Positions 24,088 through 36,186 of a stretch of 64,000 bases of DNA are shown in pieces (positions within the stretch are counted from its first letter, which is position 1; each line of letters starts with the position of its first letter). A program made the translations under genes and the position numbers. Where the stretch lies: assembly GCA_905178155.1 (NCBI GenBank), contig CAJINV010000006.1, positions 3,630,169 to 3,694,168 of the forward strand. The letters are read 5' to 3'. The notes below the pieces were generated by a model that saw only the letters and a program-made list of their open reading frames with translations, did no database searches and was not told the DNA's origin. This DNA comes from Amoebophrya sp. A120 (taxonomy: Eukaryota > Protista > Dinoflagellata).

Positions 24088-24868
24088 CTTAGCAGTTATA
24101 ACTTGGAGGGGAAGTTGTTGCTTTTCTCGGGGGGAAGTTGTTGCTTTTCTCGGGGATTTGGCACGAAAAGGTTTTTCATACATAGGTTTGCCTCCCGAGG
24201 CATTTAAGATCTCACATGTGTTCATCAAAAAACAAGAACCAAAACCGATGAATGCATCAAAAATGCAGCGAGTAAAACACCAAAAACAACTTCACCGCCG
24301 CACGAAACCGACAGCAGAGGTCGTACTATATTGAAAAGTAAATAAATCCCAAAGTGAAGTTTGCATATAGCACTGCACAGTTTGAGTATACCACTCTCAC
24401 TCACATGAACCGACACAAGAACCATCTGAAGGTGAAAGAATACCGAGAGGAGCACCACCACGTCGAGAGGTTCTTTCAGCATCAAATGCATGAACCAACA
24501 CGTTATTCTTATTATTAACTCGACCGAATTATAAATCTATCTTTACACACGATACGGAGTAGCGTGGTCCCCTGAGGACGTCGAAAGGACCGAATTGTGA
24601 ACCTTCATGCAATTTAATAAGTTTTTGATGAGGACCGACGAGAATAACTCTACCATGCTGTACTTGTAGCGGCTGTAATTCTACAAAAACTCGTCGTGTA
24701 ATGGAGGACGCAAGAAGCTCACGCGGCGCGTCTCCACAGGAAGCCACGGAATTATGAACAGATAAGTACTTACACAAAGTCAAAGTGCGGCGACTGACTT
24801 GGCAGTTGTTTCTGCAGCTGCTACGTCTGACTGTCGCACGACTCGCATCAACACGACGTCGATCTTGG
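24088..24868. repeat. Duplicated non-coding upstream block, copy 2
   Basis: Colinear with 22000-22826, with substitutions and indels. Confidence 0.9.
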
Positions 24869-25006
24869 ATGTGAATAGCTGCAAATAAAAATCAAGCAAG
24901 TGCAAGACAATAAGCAATTCGCTTTTCTTGATCATTCCAAGTTGATGCTACGTCACTCCTTCTTCTTGTTCACCTTCATGCCAGTGTTGGCAAAAGAACT
25001 AATTAT

Positions 25007-25127
25007 GCTAGCTGCATGTCAGATTGTCAGGAACGCCCTGATCTCAGTAAAAAAATGATTCGAACGTATTGCTAGCATGTCAGATTGTCAGGAGCGCCCT
25101 GATCTCAGTAAAAAATGATTTGAACGT
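25007..25127. repeat. Two-copy ~60-bp tandem repeat
   Basis: GCATGTCAGATTGTCAGGARCGCCCTGATCTCAGTAAAAAA twice. Confidence 0.85.
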
Positions 25128-26133
25128 CTATAGGTCGTAACTGCTTTTGATGTCCTCGTTGCATTAACAAACACGATGATGTTGATTTTTTTGGTTTTGT
25201 CCATATTCTGGTGTTGTCCATATTTTGGTCTTGTCCAGATTTTGTTGTTCTTGTTCAGGTCGTTAACATGAAATAATGACGCGGTATATGTTGCGTAGTT
25301 CATCCTTGAGGTCCTACAGGAGCGCTTTGTTCTTCTCAAGAAGGAACCACGTCCAGGTGGTCCAAAACGAAAAACAAAACTTCCGAAAAACAATAGACAA
25401 GCTGCTGACAATCTCCTAAAAATGCTTGTTTGACACCTGGGTGGTCATGTTGACAAAAAAGACCGTACATCTTCAATAGCGCCTCGTTGCGCTTGATTCG
25501 TATACGTATCTCATTTTCTCCTTGTCCTTCCGCTTTCAAAGTATAATGCTTTGATAATCAAACACATTCGTGCTCCTGCGCTCTACGTCTACAATTGGTG
25601 TTTTTAGTTTTACGTTCACTATGATAAATAAAAACGAGTTGATATTTGTGATTTTCTTCAAAAGACAACTTTAAAAAAGAGTTTTTTCGGCCGTGCCGGA
25701 ATAAAGCCACATATTGATATTCCTAAAAACGACCGACCCCAGCGCTCGCCAGCACGATGCTCGGTTTATTCCGAAGCATCCGTCAGGTTGTACGGTCGAC
25801 AAGCACCTGCAGCTCCCGCAAGTGGGGCCGGCCGTCTAGCTGCATGGCAAAGTGCAGCACTCGTATGAGTATCGGTTCTCCATGAAGCAGGTTCGGTCGC
25901 GTTGCAAGAGCATTCAAATTGGTAAGTCCTATTGGCCACACAATTACGGACGGCACGCCGTGGTCGCCGTCGCCACAACTACAAGCGTAGGGGCTTATCA
26001 TAGTACAACCCTCGACGCACCAGTAGCCGTTCTTACTTAAGGTTAACTACAACATTTCTGCCCCTACTCCCTGCACCATCCCGGCTAATTCTTCCATCAG
26101 CTGGTACTCTCTTTGCGACAGACGTCCCCCATC

Positions 26134-26456
26134 TATCAGAAGGAAAAATCCCCCCACCCCATATCGAAGTGGAAATCTGTGACGCGGGACTTGTGTACAC
26201 AAATCGGCTCTGTATTGCAGGAAGGCAACGCGGCTAGATCCCCAGGCTATGCAGGGGCGTATCGGGCTAGTTGCTCAGCATGGCAAACGGCCCCGCTTTA
26301 GGCCCAACAGCATGACCAATCACCTCCATAATGGGGGCGAAGCTTTTGCCCTTGTCTTCTAGCAAGACAGACGTGATTTGTGACCTCAAATCAGCAACAC
26401 AAATTTTCGGAAACATGCCTTTTCGATATGGAGAGGGGGGATTTTTCCTCTCAATA
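26134..26456. mobile_element. TIR element (family F, ends resemble G) between two ~82-bp direct repeats
   Basis: TATCAGAAGGAAAAATCCCCCC..CCATATCGAA / TTCGATATGG..GGGGGGATTTTTCCTCTCAATA. Confidence 0.75.
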
Positions 26457-27139
26457 TTTACATTTCTGCCCCCACTCCCTGCACCATCCCGGCTAATTCT
26501 TCCATCAGCTGGTGCTCTCTTTGCGACAGACGTCCCCCATCTGCCCCAAATTCTGTCCACCGCCTGGTGCGATCATAAAACCTTAACCACTCCCAGATCA
26601 GGCTGCGAAAGTGAGAGCGGTCCGGAGCAACCGGCGGAAGACGGCGTCCGTGGGGCGCACCGGGATCCACCTCCCCGTTAGCAATGTCCATTTCCGATGG
26701 CGGTAATATGCACGACAAAAACATGGAAGATCTTCTGCCGGGAAGAGGAGGTCCTCTGAGTTTGTCTTTCGATAGTTGACGCGAGGTTACAACATGATAC
26801 AACATGGACGACCAGCATGCGGGCACATCATAGAAGACATGATGGGCGGCTCCTGCGTTAACAATGTCACATGCAGCAAAAAAGCTGCGGGGGCGTCAAG
26901 ACAGCTCGTCTTTCTCATGCAATTATACACAGCGCGCAGAAGTGTTGTAGCCTTAGAGAGGACAAGCCTGCAATGCACGGCTCATGTCGTTCTCGTTGTA
27001 TTCGTAAGTACAAGAGGCCGAAACTTTGTCAGGACGCTTTATACAAAAAGAAGTAGACACAGCAATAGTACATCAACAGTACAACCGAAAATTATGATTT
27101 ATTTTCATCTCGTGCTGCTCTCTTCAATATCTTTGTCTT

Positions 27140-30100
27140 TCAGAGAACCCCCCAGGACGAGCTGCGGCCACATTTCTTCAAACGCATAAGCAGTATCAAG
27201 TGTAAAAGTGTCTGGGTCTGGAAGAATGCAACTTGTGATGCTGCATTTGGATTCCAAAAAAATCTGTATTGCATGAGTACCGAAGGAAATGCAGTTTTTG
27301 CTAGGCTGAGAAGGCATTTGTCATGCGGAATACGCATCAAGAAGCCCTCAAAAAATCTGTATTGCTAGGGTATGCATCACAGACATCATGGCTCATGCAA
27401 AACGTGCATGACAAGTGTCAGCATCTTCCAGACCCAGACACTTTTACAGTTGATAAGCAGAACGCTCCTGCCAATTTCGCCATTCCGCGCCTGGTATCGC
27501 TGAAGATCTTGCAGAGTTGGGTACAACAGCCATTGCAACGCAGCGTATGCTGGTTTCGATGATGAGCGCGGATCGGCATCGGTGGTTGAAGTACTTGGTC
27601 CTGAAGACGAAGAAGAAGGTCGTGATGGAGCGACGAGATGTTCTTGACCACCACGCGGCGCAGAATGACGAGCAGCTCCTTCGCCATCGCCGCTGGGCAG
27701 TGGTGCAACTTGATGCTGAGCTGCACTATCAAAACTCTCCATCACCTTCCGCAAAACGTCCCGCATGCGTTGCTGCCTCACCCCAATTTTCGAAATCAGC
27801 CGGGGCCCGAGGACGTCGATAAACAGGCCGTGCGCGCAACAGTCTTTCAACATACAGACCCCACACCGGGTTACACAACCTGCGGGGTCACACAAGGTGC
27901 CAAGGCCACCGTGCAGTACAGCGCAGGGAACCAAATAGCAGCTGCAATTTCGCCGGGACAGAAAAGTCTGAAACAGGCAGGTGTTTGCCAGGTCGGTGGT
28001 ACAGGCGTGGAGATCATTTTTGGAACAGCAGCCACCGTTAATATTTCGCAGACAATTCTTCTTCGGTAGTTGACCATTCGTATTTTCGACCGGGGTTCCA
28101 CTTTTCGGCTTTTCTTTTTCCAAAGATTCTTGCTCCGATTTATTTTTCCCAGCACTTCTAGCTGCGCAATACTTTCCACAGCTCGCCGCCTCTACACACC
28201 CCGGAACTGAGTCGCCGATAAAGCGCGAGAAAACCGCTCGCGCGGCCAGCTGGTACAGGATGATTGCCTATGAATGTGCACAACTCCCCCTCCGCCTCAT
28301 TTGTCATGCAAAATGCCCAATCCAGGCCGTGCCTCTTAGCACTGTTCGCACGACAAGTTCTGGCAGCCCGAATAGCACTACAATCCTGTGCAAGAAATCT
28401 CGCATGCAAAACCTGCATTCTGGCAGGCACTTGTATTGCCGTTCATGCTACACAAGTAAGGGGGAGGGGGACGAGTTGTGCACTGTCATATTGCCTTCAG
28501 CTCGTCCAGAAACGCGGTAAGGACAGGGGCCAGAACGATAATTTCCTCCTTTGTGAGATGAAGCTGCCGATCTTCACGATCTTGCCCTCCACCTTCGTGC
28601 CGAGTTTGCTCTCCAGCTCCATCAGGAGCAGGAGCTGCTGTTGCTGCAGCTCCCACCCCGCCTTGCACTTGTTCCCGCAGTCCGTCGCCCCGAGCAGAGT
28701 CTCCTTGTTGCGGTCTTTCGTCTCGTCCAGGTCGAGGTCGTCGCCTTTCACCAACATCATCCCCAACCCGATACCGCCAGCGATTTAATCCCTGCAACAC
28801 CTGGGCACTGTAGTTTGCGTTCTCGTCTGGGCGAAAGCACAAATGCGTCGGGCTGCATAACCTCCCCTCGCCCTCCGAATGACCATACAGCAGCTCACTC
28901 TGCGTGCCCCCGCAACACGGGGGGCTGAACACCGTCAAGAAACAGCAGTTATGCACCGGGTTTAAGCAACAGTGGCGGGCTACCGACTCGGCAGTTTCGT
29001 AGGTCTCCGGGACGCAGGCCGTTGGGGTTCCATCCAGGCCGGATGTGCGGCTGCGCGCCGGCGGCGTGCAGCCACATATTGTCGGTTCCATTTTGTAGTT
29101 CCAGACCCCCGCCAACCCTCCCCCATTCCGTTTTGACAAACAGAGCATTTCGCAGCAGGTAGTATGCTCCTCAAAAGCCTTGAAGGAGTTTGGTTCTCTC
29201 CGCTGCACTTCTTCGAACTGCTCTCGTCGCGCAGTCTCTTCTTTGGTTTGGAATTTTCGCTTGTGTAGAGAAAACCTTTGGGGGCCGTTAATCGGCCCTA
29301 CTTTTCGAATCGCTTGGACTGAGAAAAGACCACCGACGTATGCAATGCAAAAGTATCGTAGTAGTAGTAATTGCAATAGATACAAGTTAGCTGAGCATGA
29401 CAAATGGAATTTGTCATGGTCTTTTGCCTTGGGATGATAATGCAAGACTTGCATTTATACGAATACGATACTTTTGCACAGGATAAAACAGTGTTCTCCA
29501 CGATCCTTCCGCCGAACGGGTTGTCATCGAAAGTTTTTTGTCTCTGTGTGTCAAACCGAAGCATGCGACGCGCGTGTTTCTTTGCCGTTGCCATCATGCT
29601 GTCAGAAGTACCACTCGAGGAGAGAAGGTGGGACGTCGAGAACTCCTGGCGATGTTCCTGATCTCCTGCTTCGCTCATGGAAATCATCTCGACGTCGTCC
29701 GAAGGTCGCAGCTGCGAAGCTTCTGTTCTTGCAGTGGTATGACGTGCACCAGCAACTACCCGCTGTGTACTAGAGCCACCTGCTCTACTGGTCGTCTCCA
29801 TTCTGTGCTGCTGCGGAGCTGGTTCTCTCACTTGGGCAGTTGCAGCAGCTCGCGCGGTAGTAGAAGTACTGCGACGACGAAACGACGCACCAATTGGAAA
29901 AGTGTCGTCTTGCATTCCATCTTGCGAAGATCTCCGATCTACCGGAGCTCGTCGTTGCCTAGTAGAAGGACCTGCTGCCGCGGCCGGGGGTGCGGCTTTT
30001 GGTGTAGAAAGAGAAAGTGCAGACAAATCCGAGGATAAGGCATCAGCTTCTGCTCCCCCTCCTCCGTGGGCCGCTTCATGAATCAGCAGCACTTCATCAT

Positions 30101-33100
30101 CTTGGTGCGGAGAAGTAGTAGCTTGCCTGCGTCCTCTTCGCGCGGCTCCCCCCGAGCTCCTGCGGCGAGATGACCCGCGCGAAGATGTTCTTCTGGGCTG
30201 CAGTTGTTCATCTTCTGGTCCCCCCAGCCGCATCAAGCGGTCGGCTTCTCCGGTGGGGTTTTCTATGTCGTCTTCAAGCAGGAACGGGCCTCGCGTTCCG
30301 AATTTCTTCTCCTTAGCTCGGCGAGACCGCGAGGAAGACGAGGATCTTATGAAAGTGCACAACTCCCCCTCCCCCTCATTTGTGATGCAAAGTGCCTAAC
30401 TTACGCCTTGCCTCTGGGCACTGTTAGCATGACAAGTTCTGGCAGCCCAAATAGCACTACACTCCTGTCAAAATTTGTCTTGCAAAACCTGTATTCTTGC
30501 TGACGCTTGTATTGCTGTTCATGCAATACAAATGAGGGGGAGGGGGAGTTGTGCATTCTCATAGATCTGCTGCGGGGCCGCGAGGATGAGGAAGAGGAGG
30601 ATCTGCTCCTACTTCTGCTCGAAGAGGTAGAAGTTCTTGATGATTTAGAGCCTGGTGAGGTGGCCATTGTAGGACCTCCAGTGCTGGACACCATCGCAGG
30701 AGTACTAGAGGCTCCTTGTTCTGAAACGCCGCCGCCGTCGCCACGACCGAAGGGGCACCAAGAAGAGGCACTAAATAAGAGCTCCTTCAGCATCTTCTTC
30801 AGATCACTCACTCTCTCGCTTTCAATCACGGCCGTTGCCAGCTCCTTCTGTATATCAAATGCAAACATGTCTGGGTCTGGAAGAATGCAAGATTTGTAAT
30901 GCTGAACTCGCATACTCCCAAACTCTGTAATGCGTGTTGCGGAATAGCGGCGCAGGTGCTTCTGTGTCATGCAAAAACGCAGTTTCTCATGCGTGTTTAC
31001 ACATCACAGGACCGTTAAAAAATCTGTCATGCTCCTCGGCTGCACACTCTAGTAATTTTTTCATTCGTGTATTAGCATGACAAGTTTCCAGAACCAGACA
31101 TATTTGCATTTGATACTGTAATTTCGGACAGTCGAGGAAGCCGGAACCGTTGACAGATGATACAAAAGCGGCGGCATTTTGACTTTGACCACTCGGTGGC
31201 CGCTGCTGCCCAGCACGACTTGTTGCTTTAGCTTTTTCCTCGTCCCCTACGTCTAGGAGCTGCTGCTTCATCCACTCGACTTTCAAAAGCATCCGCAGAA
31301 ACAACCGCTGCTGTTCCGCGGAGGTGAGCTCCTTCACAGCACGCGCGGCAGGCAGGTCCTCGCGCGCCGGCGCAGCTCCTGGAAGATGATGCCGTAGTTC
31401 TTGCATCTCGTGCTGTTCTGGCACATCTTGTTTCTCAACATCTACCCCGGTTTTTACAACGGTTCTTCTCCCCCCGCCCGGCATAAAAGTAATCTCTTCC
31501 AAAAACCCCACCGTCCCCGCCAACACCTGTAACACCCCTTGGTAGGCATCGCCCCCCGCTATCGGGTCGGTCTTGTGCGGCCACGGGCAGTATCAAGTGC
31601 AAAAATGTCTGGGTCTGGAAGATTACTAGCAGGCTTCTCATGCATATTTCGCATAACCCATGATGCCCGTAATGCATGACCTAGCATCACAGATTTTCAA
31701 AGGGACTTCCGATGCGTATTCCGCATGAGAAACGCCCGCTCCGCGTAGCACAAACTGAACTCCTCTTGCTGGTCATGCAATACAGATTTTTTTTTCTTTC
31801 CAAAGACAGCATCACAAGGTGCAACCTTCCAGACCCAGACGTTTTTGCATTTGATAGGCAGAAATACTCGAAATCGCTTGCCGCACACATCCCGCACCCG
31901 GTGCATGGACTTCCACCAACTGCTGTGCGGATATGGATGTGTCAGGATCGAAATCGACAAAGTCGAAAAATTTGTGATGCATAAAATCGATACCAGTTGG
32001 AAGCCCAATTTCTAAGCGGTGCATGACAAATTTCGGCATCGCCTAAATCCAGTTTGTCATGCTGCTTAGGGAAAGAGGGCGCCTTTTGTCATGCTACTTT
32101 AGCATCTCTATCGCAGAGGACCCCAAACAGGCTGACAGTCGGCCTCGCTTGCCGTCCCTGCAAGCGAGGCACTTCATGCCTTGCAGTTTATGCATGGCAA
32201 ACTATTTCAACTTTGACGATTTCAATCCTGACACTTTCCATAGCTGGCACAGCCCAGATACGGCCGGTCGGGGTCCTCGTCCTTCATTTTGCGCAGATAA
32301 TTCCGGTACTCGTCGCTCTTTTTATCAAGTGCGAATATGTCCTCTGGGTCTGGAAGAGTGTAGTAAACTTGTCATGCAGGTTTTTCCATGACGATGACCC
32401 ATGAGGTCTGGAATTATGCGGGACCTAGCATGACAGAGTCTACTGTGAGGTCTCTGCCATCATGCCTATCCTGCATGAGAAACTCAGTCCAAACTTGGTC
32501 GAAAGTGGCGACGAGCTTTTGGCACCCATACAACACAGATTTCTGCATGATTCGGATTTAGCATAACAAGTTTCATCAATCTTCCAGACCCAAACATTTT
32601 TGCGAATCCATACTTTTTCGCCTTTTCCAAGTCAAATTGCGCGTCGTTGAGGAGGGGTAACTCTATCGCAAGAAAAAACTGCTTCACTGTGAACTTGTGA
32701 TGCAGAAAATGCATCACTGAAGTGCTTGTCTTGCTACATGATATCCAAGACAAGTTATTTTTAGCGGTGTTTTCCCTTAGGATCCTTGCATGGCAAGTCT
32801 TCTTTGTAATGTGTAGCGAACTTGTAATGCAAAACTTGCAAAGTCCTTAAAGTGAAACAGTTTTTTCTATACGATAAACTCATCTCGATCTTTATAGGCC
32901 GAATAGATTTCGTGGGCGGTCCGAAGCTCCTTTCTCTGCTTTCTGAGGTATCTAACCTCATTGTAGCTCAGCCTCCTGTGTTCATCTTCCCCGTCATCCG
33001 GCGGAGGCGGGGTGTTGCTAATTCTCTCACGTTCGTGAAACGTGAATCTGGGGTCTGTAGTCTCCTGAGTAAAAACGTCCCCACACCAGAGTCAGGATGG

Positions 33101-34789
33101 GGATTTTGCACCACAAAACTAGGAGTTTTGTGAGTCACGCATGAAAAGCTGCATTCCGCAGTGTAGTGCAGGTTAGCAAGTGCAGCCGCGTCACAGATTC
33201 ATCTGCTCATCCTGTTCACAGCATCAAAAATTCCAAACCACGATTGGAAATGGCTCTCATGGGGATGCGCATTACAAGTCTTCCTGTCTTTGCAAATCTG
33301 CATTACAACTCTGGTGTGGGGACGTTTTTCCTCAAAATATGTAGTTTCCCGAATCTGGGTGGGTGTCTGGAACGGGTGCCGGCGGTAGATGGTCGCTTGT
33401 TCTGGTCCGTTCCGGGCGTCCGCCCGATCATGGCTCCCGGGAGGACGGCGTCTCGCCCGGAGCTCCTCAGTCACCCTGTCCACCTCATACTTGTCGTGGA
33501 ACCGTCGCGCTATCCTGTGCAAAAGTATCGTAGACTCGTATTGCAGTCATGCATTACAAATTTTTTCCCTAAGGTGAATCCGCATTAGAAGTTTTTATTT
33601 TTCATCATGCTGAGGAAATTTGTAATGCATTTTTTTTACGAGTGCGATAATATTGCGGTTCATACGCGCGGCCAAGTTAAAACCCTCAGCGTACTTTTCT
33701 TTGATTTCCTTCTGCTCCCGCGGCAGCCGGACTTTCAAGCTGTGCTATCCTGTGCAAAAGTATCGCACTCGTAGTAATTGCAGTCATGCAAGACAAATTT
33801 CTTTTTCAAGCTAAATCAGCATGACAAACTCCATTTCTCATGCTGAGCTAATTTGTATTGCAATACTACGATTACGATACTTTTGCACAGGATATGTGCA
33901 GAGGATTCACAATGTCCGGGTCAATGGGCGGGCGAAGGGCTTGAAACTCTTCAGTCTCAGCTAGGACACTCGGCGGCCGGACTTTCCAGGCTTATGGAAG
34001 CGTCAGGTTTGAAATCGACAAAGTTGAAATGATTCGCCATGCATAAAATGCAAGGCATGAAGTGCCTGTCTTGCCGGGCTGGCAAGCGAGGCCGACTCTC
34101 AGCCTGTTTAGGGTTTGGAGTAGAGCTGCTAAAGTAGCATGACAAAAGCAGTCGTCTCTGCCCAAACAGCATGACAAATTGGATTCCGGTGCTCGGAAAA
34201 TTTGTCATGCACCGCTTGAAAATTGGGCTTCCAAGGGTATCGATTTTATGCATTGCAAGTTATTTCAACTTTGACGATTTCAATCCTGACGCTTCCATAA
34301 GGCTTCCATCGCCTGTATCTGAAAAAGGAGCTCGAGAAGGAGGGTCGCCGTTTCTCGACGATTTTTTTCTGTCAAATGCTGTTCCTGCTCGGACGATGCT
34401 GAATCTGCTGCGCCTCCGCTTCCTGCTGAACGACGAATCGTTCTGGTACTCGTACTACCAGTCGGGGGCGACTCTACTTGCCCTTGCACAACAGATGATG
34501 AAGGGCAAGGGTCAGCGGCTAGTAGCGGTTCCACCTGCGAATGATGAAATTCATCTCCACGGCGAGTGGACGACGACCTCGCTGAGTTTGATGAATTGCG
34601 CGGCGATAAAAGGCTAAGTCCACCTCCTTCGGACAGTGGTGTTGCGCCAGCTCCTGCTGCATTGCTTGTTGCGCTTATCAACACGAAGACGAGGCTTGTT
34701 GTAATGGCGAACACGTCAAACACACGAAGCAGTAGAAACCTCATGTCGACGCGTCCGCGTGGCAAAGTTAAAGTTTGCATTTTCTCCAA
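27140..34789 (-). CDS. 14-exon Cys-rich signal-peptide protein, unknown function; paralog of 10020-16889
   Basis: 13 elements removed, each join in frame (e.g. MEA|WKV, LH|SLK, ETT|DPR, KLQ|KEL, LKA|IIL). N-terminal FAITTSLVFVLISATSNA. Confidence 0.8.
27194..27455. mobile_element. Introner family A
   Basis: DR AGCAG. Confidence 0.92.
28269..28490. mobile_element. Introner family E
   Basis: TIR TATGA..GTGCACAACTCCCCCTCC; DR TTGCC. Confidence 0.92.
29339..29485. mobile_element. Introner family B
   Basis: TIRs clear; DR diverged (CGACG/AAACA). Confidence 0.85.
30348..30563. mobile_element. Introner family E
   Basis: DR GATCT. Confidence 0.92.
30853..31115. mobile_element. Introner family A
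   Basis: DR CTGTA. Confidence 0.92.
31591..31856. mobile_element. Introner family A
   Basis: DR GGCAG. Confidence 0.92.
31932..32242. mobile_element. Introner family C
   Basis: DR diverged (GCGGA/GCTGG). Confidence 0.88.
32323..32612. mobile_element. Introner family A (divergent)
   Basis: DR CTTTT. Confidence 0.85.
32664..32876. mobile_element. Introner family D
   Basis: DR AACTC. Confidence 0.88.
33061..33339. mobile_element. Introner family G
   Basis: IR AAAAACGTCCCCACACCAGAGT; DR TGTAG; in-frame join. Confidence 0.85.
33511..33664. mobile_element. Introner family B
   Basis: DR CGCGC. Confidence 0.9.
33746..33894. mobile_element. Introner family B
   Basis: DR TGTGC. Confidence 0.92.
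33993..34299. mobile_element. Introner family C
   Basis: DR AGGCT. Confidence 0.92.
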
Positions 34790-36186
34790 ACTACCGGTCG
34801 TTTCGAAGCTCGGACTTCGCTTCCTCTTGACGGCGCACAGGAGCTTCGTTCGATTGGTCTAGTACTCAAGTCTTAGTGATGTTGCCGAAAGTTAAATTTT
34901 TCACGACTAGCACACCAGAACTACATACGCAAGCGAAAATAATGATAGTAAAATTAGGTCGTAAAATATTTTTTTCGGGTTGAGTCTACACGTAGAAATG
35001 CACTTCGCAATCAATAAAAAAAGTGTATATTTGTACACAGAAGGGAAATTGTTAGCAATACCGTTAAGAATCCACGACGAGGAGCGCACGAATTGACTCT
35101 AAGGGCAAGAATCTAGGACGCACACAACCACCGTGGTGGATTTTCTTCAGCGAGTAAGTACCAAAATACCTGACAGCCTGAAACAGGGTGGGTTTACATC
35201 GTGACCGATCAGGTTCAGTGGGTGAAAGAATGTGCACCGAGCTAGTGTGGTAGTGTCATATGATCGTGGGATTTCAGATCATGGGACTTTTTACCAGCCA
35301 TTTGCATCATAGGGCCGCGGATTTGGAGCGATCCTCATTTCTTTGTAATTCTGATTTCATTCTCACCTGCAGAAATAAACAATAACAATTTCAAATACTG
35401 TAAACTCCTGAATTGAATCAGTAAGAAACGATCACGATGAGATCATTTCTTGAGCTGGCACAGGACCTCTTTTGCCACAGGTTACAGCACATCCAGTCCA
35501 CAAGGAAAAAGATGAAAATCACATGAGACAAGCGGTTAGTTCGTTGTTACTGTGTCTTTATCCTAGAAGGTGGACATCACTAGTGCTCTTTTCACAACTT
35601 CCCTCCAGGAGGTGAAGATGGGGCTTGAAGTCACGACATCTTGTTAGTGTTTTATTTCCTTTCGGGTGCTCATCTTGCGATTCATTTACTAGTACTAGAA
35701 CTACTTCACATGATTCTACTTTGTTCACATAAAATTCAAACCCTCCTATGGCACAGTTGCGGTCTTAGTTTTTTCATTTTGAACTGGCTATTGTTGTGGT
35801 CATCTGAAGGCTTTTCCTCGGAAAGCAGCCTTATTCTTGGTACTAGAAGTTCAATCAATATACACGGATGTTGAGAGCAACCCAGCTGCTACGAGGTTAT
35901 GGCTTTGACATTGAACCGCAAAAAAAATGGGCATTGAGGCGAGAGATGAGAGTGATGGGCTGTATAATCGTTTGAGCGTGAGCGTCGAGGTCGAGCCATG
36001 TACAACTTACATAGATGAAATTGAAAACAACTTTATCTGCAATATTACTGAGGTAAGCGTAAGACTCACCATGCCCACAAGAACTGAATCTTGTCGCAGG
36101 GGCTCTTGATTCTACACACGTTTGCTCATGCCTTCTCCACGAGTCACAGTTCGCCGTAAAGAAACTTTTCAGCCCTGAAGTTTTGT

